64,000 nucleotides of DNA from Octopus vulgaris (taxonomy: Eukaryota), in assembly GCA_951406725.2 (NCBI GenBank), contig OX597815.1, positions 166,718,001 through 166,782,000 of the forward strand. Direction: 5' to 3'. Made by a program: the position numbers and the translations under genes. The notes under the pieces are model-generated. The model had not been told where the DNA came from and did no database searches. It saw only the letters and a list, made by a program, of their open reading frames with translations. Positions 26,086 through 38,689 of this stretch are shown piece after piece (the stretch's first letter is position 1; the number at the start of each line of letters is the position of its first letter).

Positions 26086-26468
26086 AGGCGCAATGGCCCA
26101 GTGGTTAGGGCAGCGGACTCGCGGTCATAGGATCGCGGTTTCGATTCCCAGACCGGGCGTTGTGAGTGTTTATTGAGCGAAAACACCTAAAAGCTCCACG
26201 AGGCTCCGGCAGGGGATGGTGGTGATCCCTGCTGTACTCTTTCACCACAACTTTCTCTCACTCTTACTTCCTGTTTCTGTTGTACCTGTATTTCAAGGGG
26301 CCGGCCTTGTCACTCTGTGTCACGCTGAATATCCCCGAGAACTACGTTAAGGGTGCACGTGTCTGTGGAGTGCTCAGCCACTTACACGTTAATTTCACGA
26401 GCAGGCTGTTCCGTTGATTCGGATCAACCGGAACCCTCATCGTCGTAACCGACGGAGTGTTTCCATCC
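26086..26468 (+). mobile_element. Full-length young tRNA-derived SINE (family R, tail type 1)
   Basis: A box tggcccagtgg, B box gtttcgattcc and a perfect 12-bp TSD aatagtatgaag (26074-26085, 26469-26480). Confidence 0.92.
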
Positions 26469-27329
26469 AATAGTATGAAGTCAAAATTAGATGAACCCCC
26501 TTGGCTACTGGAGATAGATAATCATGGAGCTGATGACGCCTGCTGAAGCAGTAACACCTCATTACTGTCTACTTATCTCTAGACATGCTTTTTCTTTTCC
26601 TTAATGGCATGTCAACTTGGAGAATCCTTGCTTCTTGAAATTATCTCCCCTTCTTATATGGAGCTATTCATTCGTTTACATTTCACTAAATAATATTAAA
26701 ATATTTCTCGCTTATCATTTTTCTGATACATCACATCGACTCTAAGGTGTTTGATAGAAACACAGTTAAGGTATGCTATTCTTGCGGTAGTAAGGTTATT
26801 AATACCACTATTATTTTGATCCCATTTCCTTTTCATTAACAATTATATATATAAAAACTACAATATTTGTAATTGCATCATTCAAATCATTTACTCCTTT
26901 ATCACTCATTCTCTCTCGAAACATATAATCTATTGTATCAAAGTTACACTATCAATAATTCTATCACGTGACCAGCAATAGCTCTAAAGTTAGGTTTTAT
27001 AAACATATTCATACCTAAAGAAAACTTGTAGCAAGCCTTTGAAATGTTATTGGATTTAAAAGTTAAAAAGAACGGAATAACAGCGTCCAATAAGAGCATT
27101 TAATATTTAATATTTAATGGTTGATCCTCAACAATGCTATTCCGTATTTAGATGGTATGTTTCATTCAAATCTACTTTGTAAGCTCAGTTTAAGTGAGAA
27201 ATTCTGATATTATTACGAGATAGCAATTAATGAACTTATAGATGAGAAGTTTCTCATAAACCTTGAAATTCTAACACGTTTTCCTCATTATATGATTTCT
27301 AGGAAATAATATGAGTATAGCAAAGATTT

Positions 27330-27657
27330 GAATGAGAGGAGAAATTTTAAACATGCGCCTTTTCTTTTAAAGATTCTCAAACAATCACCCATCCACCAGG
27401 AACTATTTCAGCTGCACTGCTGCACCATCACATAATAACATCGTCGCTATCTTGATTTTAGAACCAGATACTGCAAAAGCGGATGTAGACGTCTTCAAAA
27501 AGCAGCTGGACATTTTAATACAGTAGCAGGTGAGCGTACTAAGCGGTAAGAAACACAGCTGAGAGTAGCAACTTCGAACTCCCACTTTCACCAAATGCCA
27601 ACTAAAGAGGAGAATCAGTAAAAGAGTTGCAACATTAATAGCAGTAACTCCAGAATA
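27330..27657 (+). pseudogene. Degraded 3' end of a CR1/L2-group LINE (same family as 57399)
   Basis: ADVDVFKKQLD..RVATSNSHFHQM and aatagcagtaactccag parallel the copy at 57399-57780. Confidence 0.55.
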
Positions 27658-27661
27658 CTTT

Positions 27662-27875
27662 TTTACTTTTTATACTTGTTTCAGTCATTTGACTGCGGCC
27701 ATGCTGGAGCACCACCTTTAGTCGAGCAAATCGACTCCGGGACTTATTCTTTGTAAGCCTAGTACTTATTCTATCTGTCTCTTTTGCCGAACCGCTAAGT
27801 CACGGGGAGATGAACACACCAGCATCGGTTGTCAAGCGATGTTGGGAGGACAATCACAGACACACAAACACACAA

Positions 27876-27920
<45 letters not shown>

Positions 27921-28053
27921 CACGACAGGCTTCTTTCAGTTTCCGTCTACCAAATCCACTCACAAGGCTTTGGTCGGCCCGAGGCTATAGTAGAAGACAC
28001 TTGCCCAAAGTGCCACGCAGTGGGACTGAACCCGGAACCATGTGGATGGTAAG

Positions 28054-28054
<1 letters not shown>
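27662..28054 (-). mobile_element. SINE family C, near full length
   Basis: Reverse complement of the 6413-6910 architecture. Confidence 0.9.
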
Positions 28055-28096
<42 letters not shown>

Positions 28097-28103
28097 AAAT
28101 TAA

Positions 28104-28209
28104 GAATTTTTTGCGTAATGAGATAAAAAAGCCCCAAGGTTGTGTAGATATTGAATGTTCTAATATCTACACAGCCATTCTTTTTTTTATCTCATTACAC
28201 AAAAAATTC
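28104..28209. other. ~106-nt long hairpin within a (TA)n-flanked island (28093-28442)
   Basis: gaattttttgcgtaatgagataaaaaa / ttttttatctcattacacaaaaaattc, plus inner ggttgtgtagatatt / aatatctacacagcc. Confidence 0.8.
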
Positions 28210-28441
28210 GTATATACACACCCTGACAATGACCAACGTTGAACCCCTTATTCGCAAAATTACCGAACGTGGAGTTTATCTATGGTCTGTCTATAGCACT
28301 TATTCAGCATTACCTGACACCTTTGGGTCTCAATGACACCATTACCTCTTATAACCTCAATATATGTAAAATTAATTAATTATGGTCGTTTTTTATAGGT
28401 TAGACACCGATATAATCATGTTAATGCTTATATCCTCAATT

Positions 28442-28490
<49 letters not shown>

Positions 28491-28787
28491 TATTATGCAT
28501 ATTTATAAATATGAATATATTTATAAATATATGTATGCAGACACTCATAAATATATATATGTGTGTATTCTTGAGCGTGACCTCTTGTATATGTCTCTGC
28601 AGAAATATATGTATGTGTGCGTGCATGTAGAAATACAAATCACGCGCACATAGTGTGTACAACCATTCAACGAGACGAGTACACACAAAAAAAGCTGTAG
28701 ACTAATAAGTCTAATATAAATAAAAAAAAAAAGATTTCCCCACACATGTGATCGCTTAGGATATTTCTCCTTATATGAAAGAGCGAC

Positions 28788-28821
28788 CGAGAGAGAAGGC
28801 GCGCGCGCGTGAGAGAGAGAC

Positions 28822-28884
<63 letters not shown>

Positions 28885-28940
28885 GAGAGAGAGACAGAGA
28901 GAGGGAGAGAAAAAGAGAAAAGGGGAACGAAAGAGAGACG
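28788..28940. repeat. (GA)n tract with (GC)n run
   Basis: Visible directly. Confidence 0.85.
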
Positions 28941-29164
28941 GACGGGTTTAAGTGATGAGAATTAGAGATGCAGACGAATGGTGTATGTAGGTAAAGGACT
29001 TTTCCAAACATGGATATATAAATATCTTTTTTGCAAGGTCATTGTTACTGTTTTTATTTTACATTAGAAACGCTAAAACAGAAAACAAAACAAAACAAAA
29101 AAATAATAATAATAAAACCACTCTAAATCTTTTTCATTTGTATTCCTCCAGGAATATGTTCGTT

Positions 29165-29208
<44 letters not shown>

Positions 29209-29215
29209 ATATGTA

Positions 29216-29270
<55 letters not shown>

Positions 29271-29271
29271 A

Positions 29272-29332
<61 letters not shown>

Positions 29333-29367
29333 CTATCTATCTGTCTATCTATATATTTATATATATT

Positions 29368-29570
29368 CTTTTACTCATTTACATGTTTCAGTGATTTGAC
29401 TGCAGCCATGCTGGAGTACCGCCTATTTTTAGTTGGAAAAAAATCGACGCCAGGACTTATTCTTTGTAAGCTTGGTACTCACTCTATCGGTCTCTTTTGC
29501 CGAAAGGCTATGCTACAGGTACGTAATCACACCAACATCGGATGGTTGGTGGGAGAACAAACACACACTC
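29368..29570 (-). mobile_element. SINE family C, 3' half
   Basis: tgtttcagtgatttgactgcagccatgctggag...caccaacatcgg. Confidence 0.85.
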
Positions 29571-29573
29571 AAA

Positions 29574-29657
<84 letters not shown>

Positions 29658-29795
29658 CACACACACACACACACATTTCCGACTAGCTTTGGAGTACCTA
29701 ATTTGCAGATTACTTTCTACCATCGGATCATATCACCTTATTTATTCGGAATACGCCATTTCTGCACCTCGATTATATATATATATATGTATGTA

Positions 29796-29842
<47 letters not shown>

Positions 29843-29844
<2 letters not shown>

Positions 29845-29963
29845 GCAGGAATGGCTTACCAGCCACTTGCTTCTGGGTTCAGTGTCTTCTACTATAGCCT
29901 CGAGACGACTAAAGCCTTGTGAGTAGATTTGATAGACGGAAACAGATAGACACCCGTCACACG

Positions 29964-29994
<31 letters not shown>

Positions 29995-30217
29995 GTATGT
30001 ATGTATGTGTGTGTATTTGTGTATCTGTGTTTGTCCGTCCCACAATCGCTTGACAATCGATGCTGGTGTGCTTACGTCCCCGTCACAAATCTGTTCGGCA
30101 AAAGAGAACGATAGAAGAAGTACTAGGCTTACAAATAATAGGTCTTGGGGTCAGTTTGTTCGACTAAAGGCGGTGCTCCAGCATAGCCGCAGTCATATGA
30201 CTGAAACAAATAAAAGA
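29843..30217 (+). mobile_element. SINE family C with deletions in the head
   Basis: gtgtcttctactatagcctcg...cagtcatatgactgaaac. Confidence 0.85.
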
Positions 30218-30257
<40 letters not shown>

Positions 30258-30789
30258 GCATGCATGCATGCATGCATGCAAACATGCATAAAGGCATGCA
30301 TGCACACACATACACACACACACATATACACACACACACATACATATAGGTAAAAAAATTAATTAGGGCGGGCCTTACGTAAATAATATTTTTAGGATTA
30401 AATAAAAAGCCAATCAAACGGAAAATAGGACATACATATGTGTGTGTGTGTGCGCGCGCGTATGTATGTGTATCTATGTATATATATATATAATATATGT
30501 ATATATACATACATACATACATATGTATATATATATACATACATACATACATACATACATACATACATACATACATACATACATACATACATACGGTTGT
30601 CAAGTATTGGAGTGGGTCAAACACAAATACAAAGATATATTACAGGTATGTAGATATATACACACACATAGATACATACATACACAATAAATACACATGT
30701 AATATTCTAAATGTATTTTGTATCTATCTATCTATCTATCGATAGATAGATAGATATATTGATTGATTGATAGATATTTACATATGCAA

Positions 30790-30930
30790 ATGGCTTTCAG
30801 TTTCCGTCTATCAAATACATTCACAAGACTCTTGTCGGCTTGGAGGTACAGAAGAAGACATTTGCCCAAGGTGCCACGCAGTGGGACTGAACCTGGAATC
30901 GTATCGCGGAGAAGCAAGCTTCATACCACA
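30790..30930 (-). mobile_element. SINE family C, 5' half
   Basis: ttgcccaaggtgccacgcagtgggactgaacc. Confidence 0.8.
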
Positions 30931-30933
30931 CAA

Positions 30934-30994
<61 letters not shown>

Positions 30995-31414
30995 TACATA
31001 CACATTCACATACATAAATATAAACGCAAACATTACATGCACATATCACACGGACACAAATATTTATCATATGTGCTCGGTTAAATAAATAATCCTTAGG
31101 ATTTTGATTTGTGTATGCTTTGTTTAGCTCAGAACCAGTTGACAAATAACTAAGTTTATGTTGTAGCCCTTATAGATAGCAATAAGTGGTCACTAATTTC
31201 CTTGCTAATAGACTTGTGTATGCGCATTTTAGATTATTCATTGACATAAATTTAAACAATAACCACAACGACACTATGTTTATCCTTGTTTTGAGTAGTT
31301 GCCAAGTACCAAGAATAACATTGATACTAATAATATTTTTATGCCACGTTATTATGGAGCAATCAATGCAACAGCAGATTGTCGAAATTTTAAACTCTTT
31401 TTGATCATATCATA

Positions 31415-31721
31415 CGAGGAGGTAACCAAAAGTAACTGGAAATGTTCTCTGTGGGACAAGCCCGTTGTAGTTCAGGCTTACACCGCTAGATGCCACTTGA
31501 TGCAACCCTCAGGCATCGTTCTGGTGACCGGTGTCGTCGAGTGAAGTGGTACTGCCATGTGGTGCGTCTTTGTTTTGCAGTGCTTCTTCCCTGTTCGTCA
31601 ATTTTTGCGATGGCTAAAACGAAAGAACAGCGTGCTTCCATGAAATTCCTCTTTCTACTGGGGAAAATGACGGCCCGAAACACTTGTCACGCTTGAAACA
31701 GCTTACAAGAACGCTGCCATG
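31415..31721 (+). mobile_element. Mariner 5' fragment (TIR plus transposase N-terminus)
   Basis: TA|cgaggag TIR start. MAKTKEQRASMKFLFLLGKMTA/ETLVTLETAYKNAAM matches the mariner N-terminal HTH. Confidence 0.8.
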
Positions 31722-31868
31722 ATCTTTTATTGAAGTACAAATCCCGCCAAAATCAACCTTGCTTTTTATTCGTTCGAAGTTAAAAATATGTACCATTGAA
31801 GTAGTGAACCCATATGTTCGATTATTTCCCTCTTGCCAATTTCAGATTCTGAGCAAATATTTGAAACA

Positions 31869-32290
31869 AGGCGGTGAGTTGCCAGAATGGTAAGCATGCC
31901 GGGCAAAATGCTTCGCGGCATTTCGTCTCCCTTTACTGTCTGAATTTAAATTCCTCTGTGGTCAACTTTGCCTTTCATTCATTCGGAGTCGATGTAATAA
32001 ATATCAAGCATGGCGGTTGATGTGATCGACTTAACGAAAGTGTTGGCCTTTGTGCCCCAAAATTTGAAATCAATTTTAGAAACAAGTATTAGAGCAGTAG
32101 ATTGAGAAATTCGTGATGGTGCCAGCGAAAAAAATTATTGCGACATTTGTTCAAATCTCGTTGTGGTCAAATTTGCCTCTCATTCTTTCGAGGTCGGTAA
32201 AAATAAGGTACTAATCAAGTAATGGAATCGATTTTATCACTTCGCTTCATTCTTGAAAATTGCTGTCATTGCGCCCAGCCTAAATCAGAA
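31869..32290 (+). mobile_element. Two older SINE family M copies in tandem
   Basis: ggtcaactttgcctttcattc (31961) and ggtcaaatttgcctctcattc (32165). Confidence 0.75.
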
Positions 32291-32408
32291 AAAAAGACAA
32301 AATTACTAGAGTAATAAAATGTCCAACATTAAAAGTCATATTTTAATTAAGTTAAACTTTACATGCAGCAACATACACGCAAACACACGTATATATGTAT
32401 AGAGAGTA

Positions 32409-32823
32409 GGACGGCGAGCTGGCAGAACGGTTAGCCCGCCGGACGAAATGCTTTGTGGTATTTCGTCCGCCACTGCGTTCTGAGTTTAAATTCCGCCGAG
32501 GTCAACTTTGCCTTTCTTCCTTTTGGGGTCGATAAATTAAGTACCAGTCACACACTGGGGTCGATATAATCGACTTAATCCGTTTGTCTGTCCTTGTTTG
32601 TCCTCTCTGTGTTTAGCCCCTTGTGGGTAGTAAAGAAATAGGTATTTCGTCTGTCGTTACGTTCTGAGTTTAAATTCCGCTGAGGTCGACTTTATCTTTC
32701 ATCCTTTCGGGGTCGATAAATAAAGTACCAGTTTCGCACTGGGGTCGATGTAATCGACTTAATCCGTTTGTCTGTTCTTGTTTGTCCCCTCTGTGTTTAA
32801 CTCTTTGTGGGCAGTAAAGAAAT
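32409..32823 (+). mobile_element. SINE family M partial tandem dimer
   Basis: A full copy (32409-32640) is followed immediately by a 5'-truncated repeat (32641-32823). Both have the gtttgtc(c/t)ctctgtgttta tail. Confidence 0.9.
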
Positions 32824-33439
32824 ATATATGTATAGAGAGCGTGTGGGAGCGTGCGTGCGAGCATATATATATATGTGTGTGTGTGTGTATGTGTGTGTGT
32901 GTGTATGAGTTTTATAATTAATAGTGACAATGTATATTCAGCTTTAGCTACAGCCAAACTACAGCTGACACTGACTTACTTCTTTAATAATCAACGCCTG
33001 GCATTACAATACTTTTATAGCTGCTGACATTCTTTATAATTTTATAATAGCATCGAACACACATTTAGATCTCTGCTTTGTTCTTCTATTGTAAATTTTA
33101 TTTTCTAATTTCTCTCCAATAAAGAAAGAGCCAGTTTGTTACCCAGAAACAAGGCTCTTTCATCGAAATTTAGACAACATTAACGTAGGAGTTGTATATG
33201 CATGTGTGTACGTACGTAAGCATGTATGTCGATGCTATTATAAAATTACAAACATGTAAACAGACATATATGTTTATTAGAATACATACAGAGATATGCA
33301 TTCTAATAAACTGCTACTGCTGCACGTGGTGGTGGCGGTGGTGTTGCTGCTGCTGCTGCTGTAGCTGATAACAATGATCATGATGCAACAGCTGCCATTG
33401 CTACTAAGTATCTCTTCATGTTGCTGCTGGTCTTTGTAA

Positions 33440-33833
33440 TCTCTCTCTATATAAAGCTGAAGTTGTCTGTGTATGGCAGGTTTGGTAGCCTTCAACTAAC
33501 ACTATCTCCTCCGAGACCCTGCGGCGCAAGTTGACCAAAACTTGAGAGTATGATAGAAGAAGGCTTGCTCTTTATTCCGAAGAAGAAAAAATTCAAATCA
33601 GACCATGTTAACACCAAAAATTATTTACATCAAAAAGGTGCTTGTTTTTCTATGAAAATCCCTATTTTTTACGATTTTTTGACTGCTGTGTCGCCATTTT
33701 TCGGTGTATGTCAACCAGAAAAATGTTCCCTTAAAGAGAATAACAAGCTACATAATACAAAATTTTTACTCTTCAAAAATTCTAATTCTAAAGGGTCGAA
33801 ACAAATCCGAGCAACGCCGGGCATTACTGCTAG
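33440..33833 (+). mobile_element. Non-autonomous Helitron
   Basis: A|TCtctctctatataaa start, subterminal hairpin ccgagc-aac-gccggg, CTAG|T end, and no TSD. Confidence 0.8.
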
Positions 33834-33884
33834 TATTTATTATTCCTAACTGTTGCTGATTTTACTCTTACTCTCAATGTGCTA

Positions 33885-34046
<162 letters not shown>

Positions 34047-35212
34047 CAAATGCTTGGATTTTGATTTTGGTTTTGCTTTGTGTTTTTTTAAAAGTTTACT
34101 CTCCAAGTCTCATCCAGAGACCTCAAGAGACAAGTTAGAATTTCAAGACGGTATTATGACTAGGGTCGTTGATAACTGCCATATTTTTAGATTTGTACAA
34201 AGTATCGTTTTAGAGAATGTGTGTCAAAACATAAGAAAAATCAAAAGTTGTGTTAAAAGCAGTTTGGATATAAGATGATAGTGTGATCTTAAGATGACAT
34301 TTAAAAGTACTTTTGATAATTTGTCTTCAGATTAAAATGATGTTGGAATTACATAGACAATAGTTTTCATAGGATGTAAGCAGTCCCTATGAGCACTACT
34401 TTTTGAATTTCTTCCATTTTTAGAATCTGGAATCTTCCATTTTTAGAATCTGGAATCTGACATAGATAACAGACAACCCCTTTTGCTATTATTCCTAGGG
34501 CTCTAATGACAACAGGTATCGTTCTAGTTTTGAGTTTCCTCATTCTGCCAATTTCTTTGAAGATCTTTATACTCGCTCAGTCTTTGGTAGGTCTTAAAAA
34601 ATACATATTTATGTCGATTGGGACAGTCATATCGATGAGGAGGCATGATTTTTGTCTGAAACCCTTCAATATAATGTCTGGCCTATTTGCAACTATATTT
34701 TTCTCAGTTTAAACTGAAAATTTCCATAGGAATGAAATATGACCATTTTCAAGCAGTGGAGGTGGTTTGTGTTCCCAAGAGTTTTATCATGGAGCAGGTC
34801 CAGATCATCGCAAATTACCCACTGAATATATTGTACCGCTCTATTATGCGTGTTCAAATACTAAAGGTGCAAGAAGGCGGCACATGGAGTGTTTACATTA
34901 CATGACATTTTGGGCTACAGCTGTTCTTTAAGGTGTTGGCATGATAGCTTCTTATAGGTAGGCATCGATCCTAGGCTGCTATGATAAACCATTCTGTCTG
35001 ATTTTAATTAAGATGCCAACCATTTCTGGGCAAGAACTTTGTCAACATCAGCGTTGTTAGCTCTCTATGAGTATTTGCTATGGAGAGGTTTTTCTTGTCA
35101 TCCATCAGTGAGAATATTTAAGGCAGAATTTTTGCAAGGGTTTTCATACTTTTAGCTTTTTCTTTGCTTGTTCCCAGTTCATCTAACTCTGGAACTTGCT
35201 CTATTTGAAATT
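34047..35212 (-). pseudogene. R4/Dong LINE 3' part with REL endonuclease and 3'UTR
   Basis: TEWFIIAA.D..WEHKPPPLLEN..NRPDIILK..CLLIDMTVP..EYKDL..TIPVVIRALG. The 3' end runs into (AAT)n. Confidence 0.88.
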
Positions 35213-35226
35213 TATTATTATTATTG

Positions 35227-35782
35227 AGTGAGAGAGCAGTGCATGCCATCAAAGTGACACTGGGGTAAAATATATTAAGCCCAATATACCCATCATGACT
35301 ACCCGTCTGATAAGGGTACACCAGGCACATGCATCACAACCATATGTGCGCAACATGGTGATCTCATATCAAGATAAACAGCACATGACCTTGCAAGTGG
35401 GGCCCAGTTAGAATTTTCTTCTGGTCGAGTAACCCATCCCGCTCAAAAGGTCCCTGAATAAGGGTTGTTTAAGGATGTTGAATGAAACACCCATGTTTCC
35501 AAAGGTGAATTATTCAAACCCCAAAGAATCCCTCTCAACACATGGCTATGATGCTCCCCCACTACTTCTGCTCATGATCAGAGATGCTCATATCGTCAGC
35601 CACTAAGGGAAATGCTCAACTGGTTAAGGTTAAACAACTGACAAGCAAATCTGTGGTATTGAGCAGAATATTTGCTGTAGCCCATCTTTTATACCAAGAC
35701 AAAACAGTGTTCATGATAACACTTCCAATCAGTTAAGATCAGAAGCCATGAGAGCCACTGCCTGGTACTGCATCAGGGCATG
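35227..35782. mobile_element. Unclassified ~555-bp interspersed element embedded in (ATT)n
   Basis: Non-coding island bounded by (ATT)n on both sides, with a terminal hairpin tgcctggt-actgc-atcagggca. Confidence 0.5.
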
Positions 35783-35962
<180 letters not shown>

Positions 35963-36131
35963 CTTGTACCAACATTTCACACAATTATTGTTTTTATTTG
36001 CTTTTCCTCCTTTAGGCATGGATAAAATACCAAACCAGACAAGTGCTAGAGTGATGTAAATGAATTGGCCTCCCTCATAAGTTTGCTGGCCTTGTACCAA
36101 AATTAGAAAGTATTATTATTATTATTATTAT

Positions 36132-36365
36132 GGTGAGCGGGCAGAATCGCTACTGCGTCTGACAAAATGCTTAGCTGCATTTCGTCCGTCTTTACTCTCT
36201 GCGTTCAAATTCAGCCGCAGTCGACTTTGCCTTTCATCTTTTAGGGGATCTATAAAATAAGCGCCAGTTGAGCAGGTGTGTGTGTGTGAGAGAGAGGTGG
36301 GGGGGTCAATGTAAACGACCTACCTCCTCTCCCGAAATTGCTGGCCTTGTACCAAAACTTGAAAT
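36132..36365 (+). mobile_element. SINE family M copy
   Basis: ggcagaatcg...gtcgactttgcctttcatc...ggccttgtaccaaaacttgaa + (ATT)n. Confidence 0.85.
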
Positions 36366-36367
36366 TA

Positions 36368-36461
<94 letters not shown>

Positions 36462-36635
36462 CATCATCATCATTATTATTATTGTTGTTGTTGATGTTAT
36501 TGTCATTATTGCTGTTATTATTATTATTATTTTTATTATCATCATCATCATCATATTTTTATTATCATCATCATCATCATCATCATCATCATTATTATTA
36601 TTATTATCATCATCATTATTATTATTATTATTAGT

Positions 36636-36671
<36 letters not shown>

Positions 36672-36705
36672 GTCGTCGTCATCGTCGTCGTCGTCATCGT
36701 CATCA
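36365..36705. repeat. (ATT)n/(ATC)n/(GTC)n tract
   Basis: Visible directly. Confidence 0.9.
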
Positions 36706-37299
36706 ATGTCATCATTATTTATTTTTGTTCTTATTGCATTGCATCTTAATGTATTTTCCTTACTTCACATGAAAGTGTCAGATACTAATGGCACACTTCT
36801 GTTTTATTTTTGAGTTTTTAAGCACACAAAGTCACGCATACAGATCTACGTTTGCACACACACATACGCACCTGATACACATACATACATACACACAAAC
36901 ACACACATTCCTCTACACTTATACCTGAATATATATACATAGACATATACGTGCAAATCTTTATACATGCATATAAACATTTGGAAAAACTTTAAGTAAA
37001 CATCCGTACATATTTGCCACACAAATACACCGTCTCATTGCTCACATACACACGCATAATTTGTTCTCGAAAATGTATGGTATAACATTCTAAGTAGACA
37101 GTCATAATTCTATAGCGTTACGAGGACAACTGGTTCACCCACAGGAATGCCATCTTGGCGCTTGCTTGAATGTGACAAGGATAGATTTCAGTGACATAGT
37201 GATGTATTTAGATCAGAATTCTAAGACATATGGCATCCATTGCTGAAGATCTACTTCGGTGTCCCAGTGAATTCCAAAAACGAGGAATATAAGAGTGAA

Positions 37300-37331
<32 letters not shown>

Positions 37332-37335
37332 ACAG

Positions 37336-37540
37336 TCCTTTCTACTATAGGCACAAGGCCTCAAATTTGAGGGGAGGAAACTAGTCGATTACATTGCCCC
37401 CAGTGACTCACTGGTACTTAATTTATCGACTCCGAAAGCATGAAAGACAAAGTTGACCTCGGCGGAATTTAAACTCAGAACGAAATGCCGCTAAGCATTT
37501 TGCTCGGCGTGATAACGATTCGGCCAGCTCACCGTCTTAA

Positions 37541-37631
<91 letters not shown>

Positions 37632-37821
37632 TTCTATTATAGGCACGAGGCCTGAAATTTGCGGGGAGGCGAGTAAGCCGACTACATCGATCCCAGTTCG
37701 TAACTGGTACTTAATTTACCCACCCTGAAATGATGAAAGGCAAAGTCGACCTCAGCGGAATTTGAACTCAGAACGTAGCAACAGACGAAATACCGCTAAG
37801 CATTTCGCCCGGTATGCTAAC
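37336..37821 (-). mobile_element. Two SINE family M copies (37336-37516, 37631-37821) separated by (CTA)n(TAA)n
   Basis: ggcac(a/g)aggcct..aaag(a/g)caaagt(t/c)gacctc in both. Confidence 0.88.
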
Positions 37822-37822
37822 T

Positions 37823-37834
37823 ATAATAATAATA

Positions 37835-37910
<76 letters not shown>

Positions 37911-37942
37911 TAATAATAATAATGATAATAATAATAATAATG

Positions 37943-37994
<52 letters not shown>

Positions 37995-38004
37995 TAATAA
38001 TAAT
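37823..38004. repeat. (AAT)n microsatellite
   Basis: Visible directly. Confidence 0.95.
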
Positions 38005-38672
38005 GAAGGGTTACCACCAGAATAGGTTATTCAGAGTAGATCAGAAAAGATTCTATAAAGAAATAAATGGAGAGTGTACAGATGAAAACTTGATACCAGA
38101 TAACAATGAAAGTCAAAGGTTGTGGAGTGACATCTGGAGCAAAGTCAAGGAGTACAAGAAGGATGCTGAATGGTTGCAAGAACTTAAACAAACCGGCAGA
38201 ACTAGTCATTTCAGTTAGGGAAGTGAAGGAAATCAGCAAAAAAATGAGCAATTGGAAGGCCCCGGGACCAGATGGAGTTCAAGGCGACTGGATCAAAAGA
38301 TTTAATGAATGTCATGCACGAATAGCTGTGGGACGGAATACATTGAAGCTATCAATACCTGGGCTGTTTCACACCTTAGATAAGGAGAAGGGGTAATCGC
38401 ATGGACAGTAGACGAACTAAACAGCTTAGACAGAAAGACAAGGAAGTTACTAACTAGATATGGGACACTTCACCCCAAATGTGACACAGACAGACTGTAT
38501 GTACCAAGAAAAATAGGGGGAAGAGGACTTATTTGATGCGAACACAGCATTAGAACAGAAGAAAACAACATAGCATGGTATGTAAAATTGCCACAGGACC
38601 GCTATTATTAGAAGTTTGAAGCTCAGGCTTGTGTATGATGAAAGATTGCAAAGATAAAGCACTGTACAAGCA
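38005..38672 (+). pseudogene. R4/Dong LINE fragment with the RT core deleted
   Basis: YHQNRLFRVDQKRFYKEIN..NWKAPGPDGVQGDWIK is joined directly to post-RT WTVDELNSLDRKTRKLLT..LHPKCDTDRLYVPRK.GGRGLI. Confidence 0.88.
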
Positions 38673-38689
38673 ATATTTGGACCAACTTA

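Noticed and set aside
26086-26160. tRNA gene (also 3113, 49458)
   Set aside because: The A/B boxes continue into SINE bodies bounded by TSDs, and there is no complete cloverleaf.
35725-35782. Resemblance to U2 snRNA pieces
   Set aside because: Only short scattered matches, with no GUAGUA branch-pairing box or Sm site.
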